Origin: Planctomycetota bacterium
Lineage (GTDB): Bacteria > Planctomycetota > MHYJ01 > WSZJ01
Reading direction: 5' to 3'
Length of the DNA stretch: 64,000 nucleotides
Assembly (NCBI GenBank): GCA_038060895.1
Contig: JBBTCT010000026.1
Span: forward strand, 1 to 64,000
The notes under the pieces were generated by a model. That model worked only from the letters and a program-made list of their open reading frames with translations, had not been told where the DNA came from and made no database searches. A program made the translations under genes and the position numbers. Below, one piece after another: positions 55,055 through 64,000 of the stretch; the stretch's first letter is position 1; each line of letters opens with the position of its first letter.

Positions 55055-55402
55055 TTACTTGCGGCGGGGCCCGTGATGCCGGTCCCGGCGATTCTCCCGG
55101 CGGTCGCGATGATTCTCGCGGCGATCCTTCACGTCCTCGCGCTTGTCGCGGATGTCTTCGGCCTTGTCCCGCTTGTCCTCGATCTTGTCCTTCTTGCCGC
55201 CGTCATGCTTCGCATCCCGCTTGTCTTCCATCTTGTCCTTCACGTCTTCCTTCTTGTCGCGCACGTCCTCACGACGATCCTTCCGGTCCTCGACCCTGTC
55301 CTTCACGTCCTCTTTCGCGTCCTTGCCCGGCTCGGCGAACGCCGGCGCCGCGAAACTCACGAACAGCGCCACAACCGTTCCCGCCAGAATCCGGCTCAGC
55401 AT
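55055..55402 (-). CDS. Small secreted protein made of charged heptad repeats
   Basis: Signal peptide ending PAFA; about ten E[DN]x[KR]D[KRA]x heptads; SD AAGGAGG. Confidence 0.75.
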   Translation of the reverse strand: MLSRILAGTVVALFVSFAAPAFAEPGKDAKEDVKDRVEDRKDRREDVRDKKEDVKDKMEDKRDAKHDGGKKDKIEDKRDKAEDIRDKREDVKDRRENHRDRRENRRDRHHGPRRK

Positions 55403-55600
55403 CTGAACCTCCTTGGGTTATCGAGGATCCCTTGCCTTCGCCTCTCTAAACCCAAGATTTCCGGCCCGGTTTCGCGGTATTTTGTAAAAAAATTTGCCCG
55501 GAATCGGGGGGGGTGTGCGGAATCGCACGAATCGTAAAGGGCGCCGGAGACGTCAAACGGTACGACCAATCCAGCTGCATCCGGCGCTACCGTGCCTTGA

Positions 55601-55667
55601 TCCCAATCCCCATCCCAATCCCCATCCCCCCCCTGCCCATTCCCAGCCCTTCCAATCCCCTGCCGTT
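55601..55667 (-). repeat. G-rich post-stop element (AACGGCAGGGGAT plus G-tracts)
   Basis: Minus strand AACGGCAGGGGATTGGAAGGGCTGGGAATGGGCAGGGGGGGGATGGGGATTGGGATGGGGATTGGGA; the same 13-mer occurs at 15-27. Confidence 0.65.
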
Positions 55668-55668
55668 C

Positions 55669-56238
55669 CTACTTCGACCCGATCTTCACCTTCACCCTCT
55701 GCGGCGTCGAATCCAGTTTCTTCCGCACGGTCGTCTTCGGGTCCATCATCCCCCAGAGATCCACCGAGATGCCGTTCGGCGTGCGGAACGTCGCGCAATA
55801 GATCGGCGAGCCGTGTTGCGACACGGGCTTCTTCTCGAACGAAACGCCCCGCTTTTCGAATTCGAGCGCCGTCCCGTAAATGTCCTCGACCATGAACTGC
55901 AGGCGGATCGCATCCCTCGGCGTCGGCGAAGCGTCGTCCTTGGCGCGGACGACGCCGAAATAAAAGTCTTTGTCCGGGCTCGTGAACATCGCGTAGTCCT
56001 TGTCGAACGCGTTCGTCGGGAAACCGAGCACGTCGATGAAGAACCCGATCTCGGAAGCGAAGTCCGTGACCGTGTATTCGATGCAATGCTTCCAGCAGGT
56101 CCCCCACTTGATCGACCAGGGATTCGCAGGTTTCGACCAGAGCCGCTTCCAGTCCTCCGGCGATTTGGCGGCACGGGCGGCGGCGATTCGGGCCTCGCCG
56201 AGTTTCCTGAAGTCGAGTGATGTGGCGCGCGTGGTCAT
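55669..56238 (-). CDS. VOC family protein with Trp-rich N-terminal extension
   Basis: VTDFASEIGFFIDVLGF, LQFMVEDI, KRGVSF, FRTPNGISVDLW. Confidence 0.8.
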   Translation of the reverse strand: MTTRATSLDFRKLGEARIAAARAAKSPEDWKRLWSKPANPWSIKWGTCWKHCIEYTVTDFASEIGFFIDVLGFPTNAFDKDYAMFTSPDKDFYFGVVRAKDDASPTPRDAIRLQFMVEDIYGTALEFEKRGVSFEKKPVSQHGSPIYCATFRTPNGISVDLWGMMDPKTTVRKKLDSTPQRVKVKIGSK

Positions 56239-56374
56239 GGAGGTCTCCCGGGGATCGAGTCCGGGCATTCTCGCGCGAAAGGGCTCCTGCGTTCAAGGGA
56301 CAGCGCACCGGTGACTGCGCCTTCTCGTCGAATCGCTTGGCGCGCCCCCGCGGGATGCGGACAATAGGGGCGTC

Positions 56375-57355
56375 ATGTACATCACTCCCCAGGAGATCAA
56401 CCGCGCCGTCCGCATCCTCGAGACCGGCGGCCTCGTCGCGTTCCCGACGGAAACGGTGTACGGGCTGGGCGCCGACGCGGCGAACGAGGATGCGGTGAAG
56501 CGGATCTACACCGTGAAAGGACGGCCGGGCGGGCACCCGCTGATCGTGCACATCGCGGACGCGAACATGGTCGCGGAGTGGACCGAAGAATTTCCTGAGG
56601 CGGCGCACCGGGTCGCGGCGCGTTTCTGGCCGGGGCCGCTCACGCTCGTTCTGAAGAAGAAACCCGCGGTGCTCTCCATCGTGACGGGCGGTCAGGATAC
56701 GGTCGCTCTTCGAGTCCCGGGACACCCTGTGGCGCAGGCGCTCCTGAAGGCTTTCGGCGGCGGGGTCGCGGCGCCTTCCGCGAACCGCTTCGGCAAAGTC
56801 AGCCCGACGACGGCGCAGCACGTGTACGACGACCTCGGCAAGGACGTGGACCTGGTGCTCGACGGCGGCCCGTGCGCGGTCGGAATCGAGTCGACGATTC
56901 TCGACCTGTCGAGCGACGAGCCGGCGATCCTGCGGCCCGGAGGCATTACGCGCGAAGAAATCGAAGCGACGCTGGGCCGTCCGGTTCCCGTCGTGAAGTC
57001 CAGCGGCAAGACACGCGTCCCGGGACAGCTCCCGACGCACTACGCCCCGAAGGCGCAGATCGTGCTCGCGAAGCCGGAGGAGTTGCTCGAAAAGGCGAAC
57101 CGCCTCCGGGCCCACGGCAAGTCAGTCGTGATCCTGACCAATTCCCTTCCCGACAAGCCCCCGATCGGCATCGAGACGATCATGCTCCCGGTTTCGCTCG
57201 CCGAACTCGCGCGCGGCCTATACGAAGCACTCCGGGAAGTGGACCGGCGCCGCTTCCAGGCTGCGGTGATCTGCGTCCCATCGACGGCAGGGCTCGGTCT
57301 TGCGGTAGTAGATCGCCTCGAGAAGGCCGCCGGCGCGACCGAGGTCAGGGAGTAG
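56375..57355 (+). CDS. sua5: L-threonylcarbamoyladenylate synthase (Sua5/YwlC type)
   Basis: VAFPTETVYGLGADA, KGRP...PLIVH, FWPGPLT, APSANRFG, GIESTI, HYAP plus SUA5 C-terminal domain. Confidence 0.95.
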   Translation: MYITPQEINRAVRILETGGLVAFPTETVYGLGADAANEDAVKRIYTVKGRPGGHPLIVHIADANMVAEWTEEFPEAAHRVAARFWPGPLTLVLKKKPAVLSIVTGGQDTVALRVPGHPVAQALLKAFGGGVAAPSANRFGKVSPTTAQHVYDDLGKDVDLVLDGGPCAVGIESTILDLSSDEPAILRPGGITREEIEATLGRPVPVVKSSGKTRVPGQLPTHYAPKAQIVLAKPEELLEKANRLRAHGKSVVILTNSLPDKPPIGIETIMLPVSLAELARGLYEALREVDRRRFQAAVICVPSTAGLGLAVVDRLEKAAGATEVRE

Positions 57356-57377
57356 AGGGAGCTGGCGGCGCCGCGGC

Positions 57378-60026
57378 TCACGCAGCCTCGCGCTCCGGTG
57401 GTTCCTCGCCCGGTGCCTCCATCCAGGTCAGGATCGGGGGTAGCACGAGGAGGCTTGCAAAGAGGTAGCAAAGCATCCCGACGGAAATTGCGACGCCGAG
57501 GCTCTTCATGGCGCGATTGGCCGAAAACGCCAGGCTCCCGAATCCGACGATCGTGGTCAGGCTGGTCAGCGTCAGGCTGGGCCAAAGCGAAGACACGGTG
57601 TCCATGCAGCTCCTCCGCTTGATTTCGCGGAACCGTTCCACGAGGTAGAGGCCGTTGTCCGTGGCCATTCCAGCGAGGATCGGAAAGACGATCAGGTTCA
57701 GGTAGTTCATCTTCATGCCCATGAGCTTCAGGCAGCCCAGGAACCAGAACGTGCCGATGAACGCGGGGAGAATCGAGACGACCATCCACCGGAAGGAGCC
57801 GTAGAGAATCCAGGCGAGCAGGATGCTGACGGCGCCGCCGGCGAGAGTGGACCAGAAGATGTCCGGGCCGATCCGGTCGTCGATCTCGCGAAGAACGACC
57901 GAAAACCCGGAGAGCACGGCGTCGGGCGAAGCGGCCTGTGCCGTCTGGCGAAGTTTCGCGATGAGGCGGCCGCGCTCGGCGCTGTCCTGAAGCGGCGACC
58001 GGGGCGTGAACCAGACGAGGGCCCGGACCGGCTGCGCGGCGTCGAACGCCATGAATCGCGAACGAAGTGAGAGGAAGAACGGGTCCTTGACTTCGGAGGG
58101 GCGCAAAGGAACCCGCGCCGCCAGCAGGCCGCGAAGCCAGGTGCGGGCGTCGTCGAACGCGGCGAGCTCGAACCCTTCGGCGTCGAGAGCCCGGTCCAGG
58201 TCGGCGACGACGCGATCTGCATCGATGGTCGCGAGCTTCGCGGCCTGCCGGGCCTGCGTTGGAGCCGGCGGCAGAAACTGAACGATCGAGGCCGTCTGCG
58301 ATTCCGGAAGCATGCCCACCGCCGAGGTCACCGCTTCCACGCGCTCCATCGCCTCGTCTTCCGTCGCACCGCGCACGACGATCAGGATGGGGTCATCCCC
58401 CGTCCCGAAGGCCGCCCGCATCCGCGCTTCGATTTCCAGGATCTGGTCGCCCTCCGTCCTGAGATTCTTCACGTCCGTCTCGCGCTCGGGCAGGCCGAGG
58501 GGTGGGCGGCTCATCGCGGCGAGGGACAGGACGGTCAGCAGCGCGGAGAGCGCCGTCGCGGCGACCGGCCGGCCGACGACGAAGGACAGCGTGAACCGGG
58601 TGCCGGCCTTCGTCATGAGGAGGAGGCACGAAGCGACGATCAGGACGCCGAGCGAGGAGAGGAGCTGGACGGACCAGGCGAAGTACACGCCGAAGAGGAC
58701 CCAGCACGCGCGGACGGTCCAGCGGGAGATTTCTCGAGGCGTGCCTTGCTCGCGATCGAGCCGGGTGAAGAGCGGGATGACGAGAAACGTGGAGGCGAAG
58801 ATGAGCAGGACGCCGACGCCGACGAGCGTCCCGAATTCTCTCAGCCCCCGGAATCCGCTGACCCACAGGCAGAGGATCGAAAACGCCGTGGTGATCATCG
58901 CGATGAACGCTCCCGGGCCGGTCCCCGCGTAGGTCCTGAATGACGCGTCGCGCGGTGAAAGCCCGAGGGCGCGCTCGTGGCGGTATCGATGGAACATGTG
59001 GATCGTGAAGTCGATTCCCATGCCGGCGAGAAGCCCGGCGAACCCGACGGTGACGGCGGTCAGGTGCCCGTATACCAGCCCGGCCAGGCCGAAGGTCCAG
59101 AGGATGCCGACCGTGAGGGAGACCGCGCCGATGGCGAGGCTCGACCACCGCCGCAAAGAAATCAGCAGCATCAGCAGGACGGGAGGAACGGAGGTCAGGA
59201 GGTTGATCCTGAGGTCGGACTTGATGGCGATTTCGCTCTGAAGCGCGACGGGGTAGCCGCCCAGCAGCGACACGGTCCACCCCGCCGACTCGGGGACTTC
59301 CTGCCGGGCTTCCGCCAGCGCGCGGTCCACACGGCCGACCAGGACGCGGGAGAACGCGACGTTCTGCGGAGGTTGTTTTCCCTCGATGGTCATGACGAGC
59401 GCCGTTCGCCCTTCGTTGAAGTAGTACCCCGACGAAAGGTCCATCGTCCCGCCCGGACGGCCCGCCGCGAGTCGCTTCAGGAAGAAATCCTCCGTCAGGC
59501 TCAGCGGATCACGCGCGACGAGCACGTCCGCCATCCCGATTCCCGGCCGCTGGAGGCGCCGCCGGTTCCGCCTGACCGCCTCCCGAATCGACCCTCGCTC
59601 CAGTCGCTGGAGAAACTTCTCCATGTCGTCGTCCGGGAGAAGCAGCGGCCCGCGCTGCGACACGAGTTCCACGAAAAAGCGCTCCGACTCTTCTTCGAGC
59701 TTCCAGTCCGCACCGAGAACCTCCGGCTGCCCCCGCAGACGCTTCCCGAGCGCGTCGGCCAGTTTCATGGCGCCGTCGTCGGAAGCCCTGGGATCTGTTT
59801 TCTCGAAGAAGGCGAACATCTGGCCCGTGAACGAGAAATGGTCCATGACCTCCTGGACGGCATCGACGGCCGGCGAGTCGGCGGGGAGGACCTGGGAGAT
59901 GTCGCTGGAGAAGCGGAGGCGGAGGATCGCGAGGACGGAGAGGGCGGAAAGGACGGAGAGAATGGCAACCACAGCGCGAGGGCGGTGCCAGGCAAATTCG
60001 TGAAGGGCTGCGAAGATTCGGGACAT
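57378..60026 (-). CDS. MMPL/RND family transporter (HpnN-like)
   Basis: Two repeats of TM, periplasmic loop, 5 TM; GMGIDFTIH and GMATDNGLY; TTIVGFGSL. Confidence 0.88.
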   Translation of the reverse strand: MSRIFAALHEFAWHRPRAVVAILSVLSALSVLAILRLRFSSDISQVLPADSPAVDAVQEVMDHFSFTGQMFAFFEKTDPRASDDGAMKLADALGKRLRGQPEVLGADWKLEEESERFFVELVSQRGPLLLPDDDMEKFLQRLERGSIREAVRRNRRRLQRPGIGMADVLVARDPLSLTEDFFLKRLAAGRPGGTMDLSSGYYFNEGRTALVMTIEGKQPPQNVAFSRVLVGRVDRALAEARQEVPESAGWTVSLLGGYPVALQSEIAIKSDLRINLLTSVPPVLLMLLISLRRWSSLAIGAVSLTVGILWTFGLAGLVYGHLTAVTVGFAGLLAGMGIDFTIHMFHRYRHERALGLSPRDASFRTYAGTGPGAFIAMITTAFSILCLWVSGFRGLREFGTLVGVGVLLIFASTFLVIPLFTRLDREQGTPREISRWTVRACWVLFGVYFAWSVQLLSSLGVLIVASCLLLMTKAGTRFTLSFVVGRPVAATALSALLTVLSLAAMSRPPLGLPERETDVKNLRTEGDQILEIEARMRAAFGTGDDPILIVVRGATEDEAMERVEAVTSAVGMLPESQTASIVQFLPPAPTQARQAAKLATIDADRVVADLDRALDAEGFELAAFDDARTWLRGLLAARVPLRPSEVKDPFFLSLRSRFMAFDAAQPVRALVWFTPRSPLQDSAERGRLIAKLRQTAQAASPDAVLSGFSVVLREIDDRIGPDIFWSTLAGGAVSILLAWILYGSFRWMVVSILPAFIGTFWFLGCLKLMGMKMNYLNLIVFPILAGMATDNGLYLVERFREIKRRSCMDTVSSLWPSLTLTSLTTIVGFGSLAFSANRAMKSLGVAISVGMLCYLFASLLVLPPILTWMEAPGEEPPEREAA

Positions 60027-60132
60027 GGGGCCTGTTCGATACCCTCCACGCGGAGGCGCCGCAAGGGAGAAATTCCGGGATTCCTGTCGATCCTGTCCCG
60101 TGGCGTCCGTCGTGATGACGAGCGGGAATTGC

Positions 60133-60159
60133 TTGACCACTTCCGCGGTTTGATATAAC
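60133..60159 (+). promoter_or_regulatory. Sigma70-type promoter (extended -10) for the HhH gene
   Basis: TTGACC, 15 nt, TGa-TATAAC in an AT-rich island. Confidence 0.45.
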
Positions 60160-60192
60160 AAAAGACTAACATCGTAAGCAGGGGTTCAAGGA

Positions 60193-60501
60193 ATGCACAG
60201 CCACCCAGGTGCCCATTCGCCTTCCCGCCTCCTCCAGGAGTTGCCGAACGTCGGCCCGAGCGTCGCCGGGGACCTTCTCCGGCTCGGGATCCAGGCGCCG
60301 TCGCAACTGAAGGGGCGCGACCCGTTCCGGATGTACGAGCAGCTTTGCCGCAAGGACGGGGTCAGGCACGACCCGTGCCTCATCGATGTTTTTATTTCGA
60401 TCACCGAAATTGCGAAGGGCAGACCAGCTCAACCCTGGTGGCACTTCACGTCGCAACGCAAGGCAGCAATGCTGAAAAGGGGCAGCGCTTCGAAGCGCTG
60501 A
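60193..60501 (+). CDS. Helix-hairpin-helix protein, Cdd1/mitomycin-resistance-like family
   Basis: LQELPNVGPSVAGDLLRLGI, GRDP..MYEQLC...RHDPC..DVF, PWW. Confidence 0.85.
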   Translation: MHSHPGAHSPSRLLQELPNVGPSVAGDLLRLGIQAPSQLKGRDPFRMYEQLCRKDGVRHDPCLIDVFISITEIAKGRPAQPWWHFTSQRKAAMLKRGSASKR

Positions 60502-60551
60502 CGGAACATACCGATGCACGGAGAGAACCTCGTTTGAGAAGGGAGACCTGC

Positions 60552-61304
60552 ATGCCGTCGTTTTTCTGCTGGCACGAGTTGAAGGCGCCGGACCGCCAGG
60601 CCGCAAAGGCGTTCTACGGCGGGTTGTTCGGCTGGAAGTTCGTGGATCACGACATGGGCCCGGCGGGCGTCTACACCGGGATCATGATCGGCGCCCGCGG
60701 TATCGGTGGCATCTGCGACGCGGAGAAGGGCGCCCCGCCCCACTGGATTTCGTACGTCACGACCGACAACGTGGACGCCGCAGCCGAGCGGGCGGTGCGC
60801 AACGGAGGAAAACAGCTGTGTCCGGCCATGGACATCCCGGAGACCGGCCGTTTCGCCGTCAGCCAGGACCCGCAGGGCGCCGTCATTTGCCCGTGGAAAG
60901 GGCTGCAGCCGTCGCGGCCGGACGCTCCGTTCGCGCCGGGAGCGTTCTGCTGGAACGAACTCGTCGCGCCGGACATCGAGAAGGAAAAGCGCTGGTACGG
61001 CGAAGTCTTCGGCTGGAAATTCCAGGACATGCCGGTTCCCGGCATGGGGACGTACACCCTGGTGAAATCCGAAGGCACGGATGTCGGCGGTATGATGCAG
61101 AAGCCACCCGGCGCCCCGGGGCCCGCAATGTGGATTGGCTACGTGTTCGTTACCGATGTGGACGCGTCGGCCGCTCAGGTCAAGAAGCTCGGCGGAAAGC
61201 TGTGGGTCGAGCCGACGGACATCCCGAACATCGGCCGGTTCTCGGTCTGCGCCGATCCTGCGGGGGCGACCTTCGCGCTGTACAAGTCGCAAGCCCAAGC
61301 CTGA
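60552..61304 (+). CDS. Two-domain VOC family protein
   Basis: FCWHEL...FYGGLFGW, repeated as FCWNEL...VFGW; GRFAV.QDPQGA and GRFSVCADPAGA. Confidence 0.92.
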   Translation: MPSFFCWHELKAPDRQAAKAFYGGLFGWKFVDHDMGPAGVYTGIMIGARGIGGICDAEKGAPPHWISYVTTDNVDAAAERAVRNGGKQLCPAMDIPETGRFAVSQDPQGAVICPWKGLQPSRPDAPFAPGAFCWNELVAPDIEKEKRWYGEVFGWKFQDMPVPGMGTYTLVKSEGTDVGGMMQKPPGAPGPAMWIGYVFVTDVDASAAQVKKLGGKLWVEPTDIPNIGRFSVCADPAGATFALYKSQAQA

Positions 61305-61313
61305 GCAACAAGG

Positions 61314-61404
61314 GGAAGCCGGGGGCCAACCGGGCCCCCGGTTTCCTGCCCTTGCCCTTGCCCACCGCACAGGGGGTCACTCGTGCGGTGGGCAGGGGCA
61401 AGGG
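61314..61404. repeat. Tandem intergenic hairpins (terminator-like plus REP-like)
   Basis: GGAAGCCGGGGGCC / GGCCCCCGGTTTCC, then CCCTTGCCCTTGCCCACCGCAC / GTGCGGTGGGCAGGGGCAAGGG. Confidence 0.7.
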
Positions 61405-61456
61405 AACAGCTCTCGAATCTGAGCAACCCATCGCTCGGCGGCTACAATCCCGCCCC

Positions 61457-63535
61457 ATGCCAAAACACCCCATGACCGTCGAGGACCTCTGGTCCATCCC
61501 GCGCGTCGGATCGCCCGTCCCTTCCCCCGACGGCTCGCGCTTCGTCGTGACCGTCACGCAGTGGTCGATGGAATCCAACGAGGCCGTTACCCGCCTCTGG
61601 CTCTGTTCCACCGACGGCAAGTGCGCGCCCCGCGCCCTCACTCACGCCGAAGCCTCCAGCGGCCAGCCTGCCTGGAGCCCCGACGGCAAGCGGCTCCTCT
61701 TCGTCCGCAAACCCGGCGGCAAGCCCGACGAAAAGAAAAAGTCGGGGCCGAAATTTCCGGATCAACCTCAGCTTTTCCTCCTCCCCCTCGACGGCGGCGA
61801 GCCCGAGCGCCTCACCGACCTCCCTTTCGGCGCCGCCGACGCGCGCTGGTTCCCGGACGGGAAGCGGATTGCATTCCTCTGTTCCGTCTTCGCCGACAAA
61901 CCATCGACGGAAGAGGCCGCCCGGCGCAAAAAAGAGCGCGAGGACGACCCCTGCAAGGTCCACGTCTCCGAGGACCGCATCTTCCGTTATTGGGATCACT
62001 GGCTCACCGACGGGCGCGTGCACCACCTCTTCGCGATGGACCTGGATTCCCGCGAAATCATGGACCTCACGCCGGGCTGGAAGCGCTGGTTCTCGCCGGA
62101 AGAGCCCTACGGGCAATACCGGATCTCGCCGGACGGCCGCGAGATCGCGTTCGGCGCCTGCGCGAGCGATCCGCCACACGACCCCTGGCTCTGGAGCGTG
62201 TTCACGGTGGGCGTCCCGCCGGTGATCCGCGCCGGCGCGCGCGCCGGCCGCATCCGGAAAATCGCTTCGCCTGAATTCCGCGACACGTCGGGCCCGCAGT
62301 ACACCCCCGACGGCCGGTGGATCATCTACGGCATGTCGCGCGAATTCGACTTCTACGCGGACAAGACGCGGCTGGTGGCTCTCAACCGCGCGACGGGAAA
62401 GCACACTGTGCTGACGGAGGCCTGGGACCGCTCGGCAAGCGGGTGGGGATTCTCGGCGGATTCGCGCACGATCTACATCCGCGCCGAGGACCGCGCGCGG
62501 TCAACGCTGTACGCGCTGGACATCGAAGCGGCAGTGCGCGCGCCGAAGAAAAACGCACCGCGGCCCCTCGTTCGCCAGAACACGTTCGGGTCGCCCGAAA
62601 TCGCGGGAGGAAAAGCCTTCGTCTCGATTTCGAGCGTCAACTCCCCGCCGGAAGCGGCGATCATCGACCTGAAATCGAAGCGCCTGCGCCGCGCGACGGA
62701 ATTCACCAAGCCGGGGATGAAGGACATCCAGCTTTCCGCAGTGGAAGAAACGCACGTGACCGGCGCCGCAGGGGAGCCGGTGCAGATGTGGATCTTCTAC
62801 CCGCCCGGCATGAAAAAACCGTCGGGACCGCTTCCCGCGGGGAAGCGCCTCCCGCTCGTCCACGTGATCCACGGCGGCCCGCACGGCACGTTCGGGGACG
62901 ACTGGCACTGGCGCTGGAACGCGCACGCCTTCGCGGCCCCGGGCTACGTGGTCGCGCTCGTGAACTTCCACGGCTCGACGGGCTGGGGGCAGAACTTCGC
63001 CGCGTCGATTCTCGGACGCTGGGGCGATCAACCCTACTTCGACATCACCGTCGCGACCGACATGCTCATCGCCCGCGGCCTCGTCGACCCGAAGCGGATG
63101 GCCGCGACCGGCGGCTCCTACGGCGGTTACATGGCCGCCTGGATCGCGAGCCAGACGGACCGCTTCAGCTGCATCGTCAACCACGCCGGCGTAAGCGATC
63201 TTCAGACGCAGTACGGAAGCGACGTCACGCAGGGCCGCCAGCGCTCGATGGGCGGCGAGCCCTGGGATCGCGTCGAGGGGATGGACCGCTGGAACCCGAT
63301 GCGCCACGCGCGCGGATTCAAGACGCCGATGCTGATCGTGCATGGCGAGCGCGACTACCGCGTCCCGTACGGGCAGGGGCTGGAAATCTACAACGTGTAC
63401 AAGGCGATGAAGCTGCCCGCGCGGCTGGTGGTGTATCCCGAGGAGAACCACTGGATCCTGAAGCCGCGCACGAGCCGGCACTGGTACGGAGAAGTGCTGG
63501 GGTGGCTCAAGAAGTGGATCGGGAGGAAGCGGTAA
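61457..63535 (+). CDS. S9 family (prolyl oligopeptidase/acylaminoacyl) peptidase
   Basis: PD40 propeller repeats (SPDG, WSPDG), IHGGPH, nucleophile GGSYGG, HGERDYRV, YPEENH. Confidence 0.95.
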   Translation: MPKHPMTVEDLWSIPRVGSPVPSPDGSRFVVTVTQWSMESNEAVTRLWLCSTDGKCAPRALTHAEASSGQPAWSPDGKRLLFVRKPGGKPDEKKKSGPKFPDQPQLFLLPLDGGEPERLTDLPFGAADARWFPDGKRIAFLCSVFADKPSTEEAARRKKEREDDPCKVHVSEDRIFRYWDHWLTDGRVHHLFAMDLDSREIMDLTPGWKRWFSPEEPYGQYRISPDGREIAFGACASDPPHDPWLWSVFTVGVPPVIRAGARAGRIRKIASPEFRDTSGPQYTPDGRWIIYGMSREFDFYADKTRLVALNRATGKHTVLTEAWDRSASGWGFSADSRTIYIRAEDRARSTLYALDIEAAVRAPKKNAPRPLVRQNTFGSPEIAGGKAFVSISSVNSPPEAAIIDLKSKRLRRATEFTKPGMKDIQLSAVEETHVTGAAGEPVQMWIFYPPGMKKPSGPLPAGKRLPLVHVIHGGPHGTFGDDWHWRWNAHAFAAPGYVVALVNFHGSTGWGQNFAASILGRWGDQPYFDITVATDMLIARGLVDPKRMAATGGSYGGYMAAWIASQTDRFSCIVNHAGVSDLQTQYGSDVTQGRQRSMGGEPWDRVEGMDRWNPMRHARGFKTPMLIVHGERDYRVPYGQGLEIYNVYKAMKLPARLVVYPEENHWILKPRTSRHWYGEVLGWLKKWIGRKR

Positions 63536-63585
63536 GCAAGAGGATTGGGATGGAGTCCATGACTCGTAACCAGGAGGGCCTTCGC

Positions 63586-64000
63586 ATGAGTTCAGCTCCG
63601 CTCGATCTTGCGGCCGTCACGAACAAACAGAAGTCCGTCTGGGGCTCGGGAGACTTCAACGTCCTCGCGCTCAAAACCATGGTCGTGAGCGACGCGCTGT
63701 GCGCAGCGCTCGACCCGCAGGCGGGGCAGAAGGTGCTCGACGTCGCGTGTGGAAGCGGCAACGGGGCGCTGGTCGCTGCCCGGCGCGCTTGCGACGTGAC
63801 GGGGATTGACTACGTCGGGTCGCTCGTCGAGCGCGCAAAAGTGCGCGCCGCGGCGGAGGGGACGACGATCGATTTTCGCGAAGCGGACGCGCAGGCGCTT
63901 CCCTTTCCGGACTCGTCCTTCGACGTTGTGATGTCGGTGTTCGGGGTGATGTTCGCGCCGGACCAGGAGAAGTCGGCGGCGGAGCTGTTGCGCGTGTGCA
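63586..64000 (+). CDS. Class I SAM-dependent methyltransferase (partial, runs off the window)
   Basis: KQKSVWGSGDF, VLDVACGSGN, ADAQALPFPDSSFDVVMSVFGVMFAPD; SD AGGAGG. Confidence 0.9.
   Translation, partial: MSSAPLDLAAVTNKQKSVWGSGDFNVLALKTMVVSDALCAALDPQAGQKVLDVACGSGNGALVAARRACDVTGIDYVGSLVERAKVRAAAEGTTIDFREADAQALPFPDSSFDVVMSVFGVMFAPDQEKSAAELLRVC

Noticed and set aside
55016-55537. Plus-strand hydrophobic repeat ORF
   Set aside because: Antisense to the charged-heptad gene, which has the SD and signal peptide
55055-55670. Periodic repeats as a CRISPR array
   Set aside because: The 21-bp periodicity is degenerate coding sequence and the nearby repeats are short G/C tracts; no repeat-spacer structure or cas genes
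1-64000. tRNA, rRNA, transposase, integrase or prophage genes
   Set aside because: None recognised by eye; tRNAscan-SE and Infernal would be needed to exclude small RNAs formally

Overview
High-GC bacterial chromosomal segment with about 50 densely packed CDS and no recognisable rRNA, tRNA, CRISPR array or transposase. Gene content (large receptor-type Ser/Thr kinases, secreted HEAT/TPR proteins, system II cytochrome c maturation) suggests a Planctomycetota-like organism; this is inference only. Recognisable genes include a MacA-like adaptor and ABC ATPase, rfbD, a polyprenyl synthase, resB/ccsA, HDOD plus PAS histidine kinase, gcvH, S41/M16/S9 peptidases, AlaX, an MsbA-like ABC exporter, asnB, comEC, a DegT aminotransferase, four GT4 glycosyltransferases, Sua5, an MMPL transporter and three VOC proteins. 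Most notable: (1) an operon led by a signal peptidase I homolog lacking both catalytic residues, coupled to a membrane-anchored TPR protein and a Zn-ribbon membrane protein; (2) a full-length asparagine-synthetase paralog lacking catalytic motifs in both active sites; (3) a GcvH with a 69-aa acidic/lysine-tract/acidic tail resembling the RNA polymerase delta C-terminal domain; (4) a covarying ~118-nt hairpin family and a G-rich element, each present twice and anchored at stop codons; (5) many starts that look leaderless; (6) three diverged membrane-anchored LTxxQ-like paralogs and a tandem pair of receptor kinases. All annotation is by eye; no database search was run.
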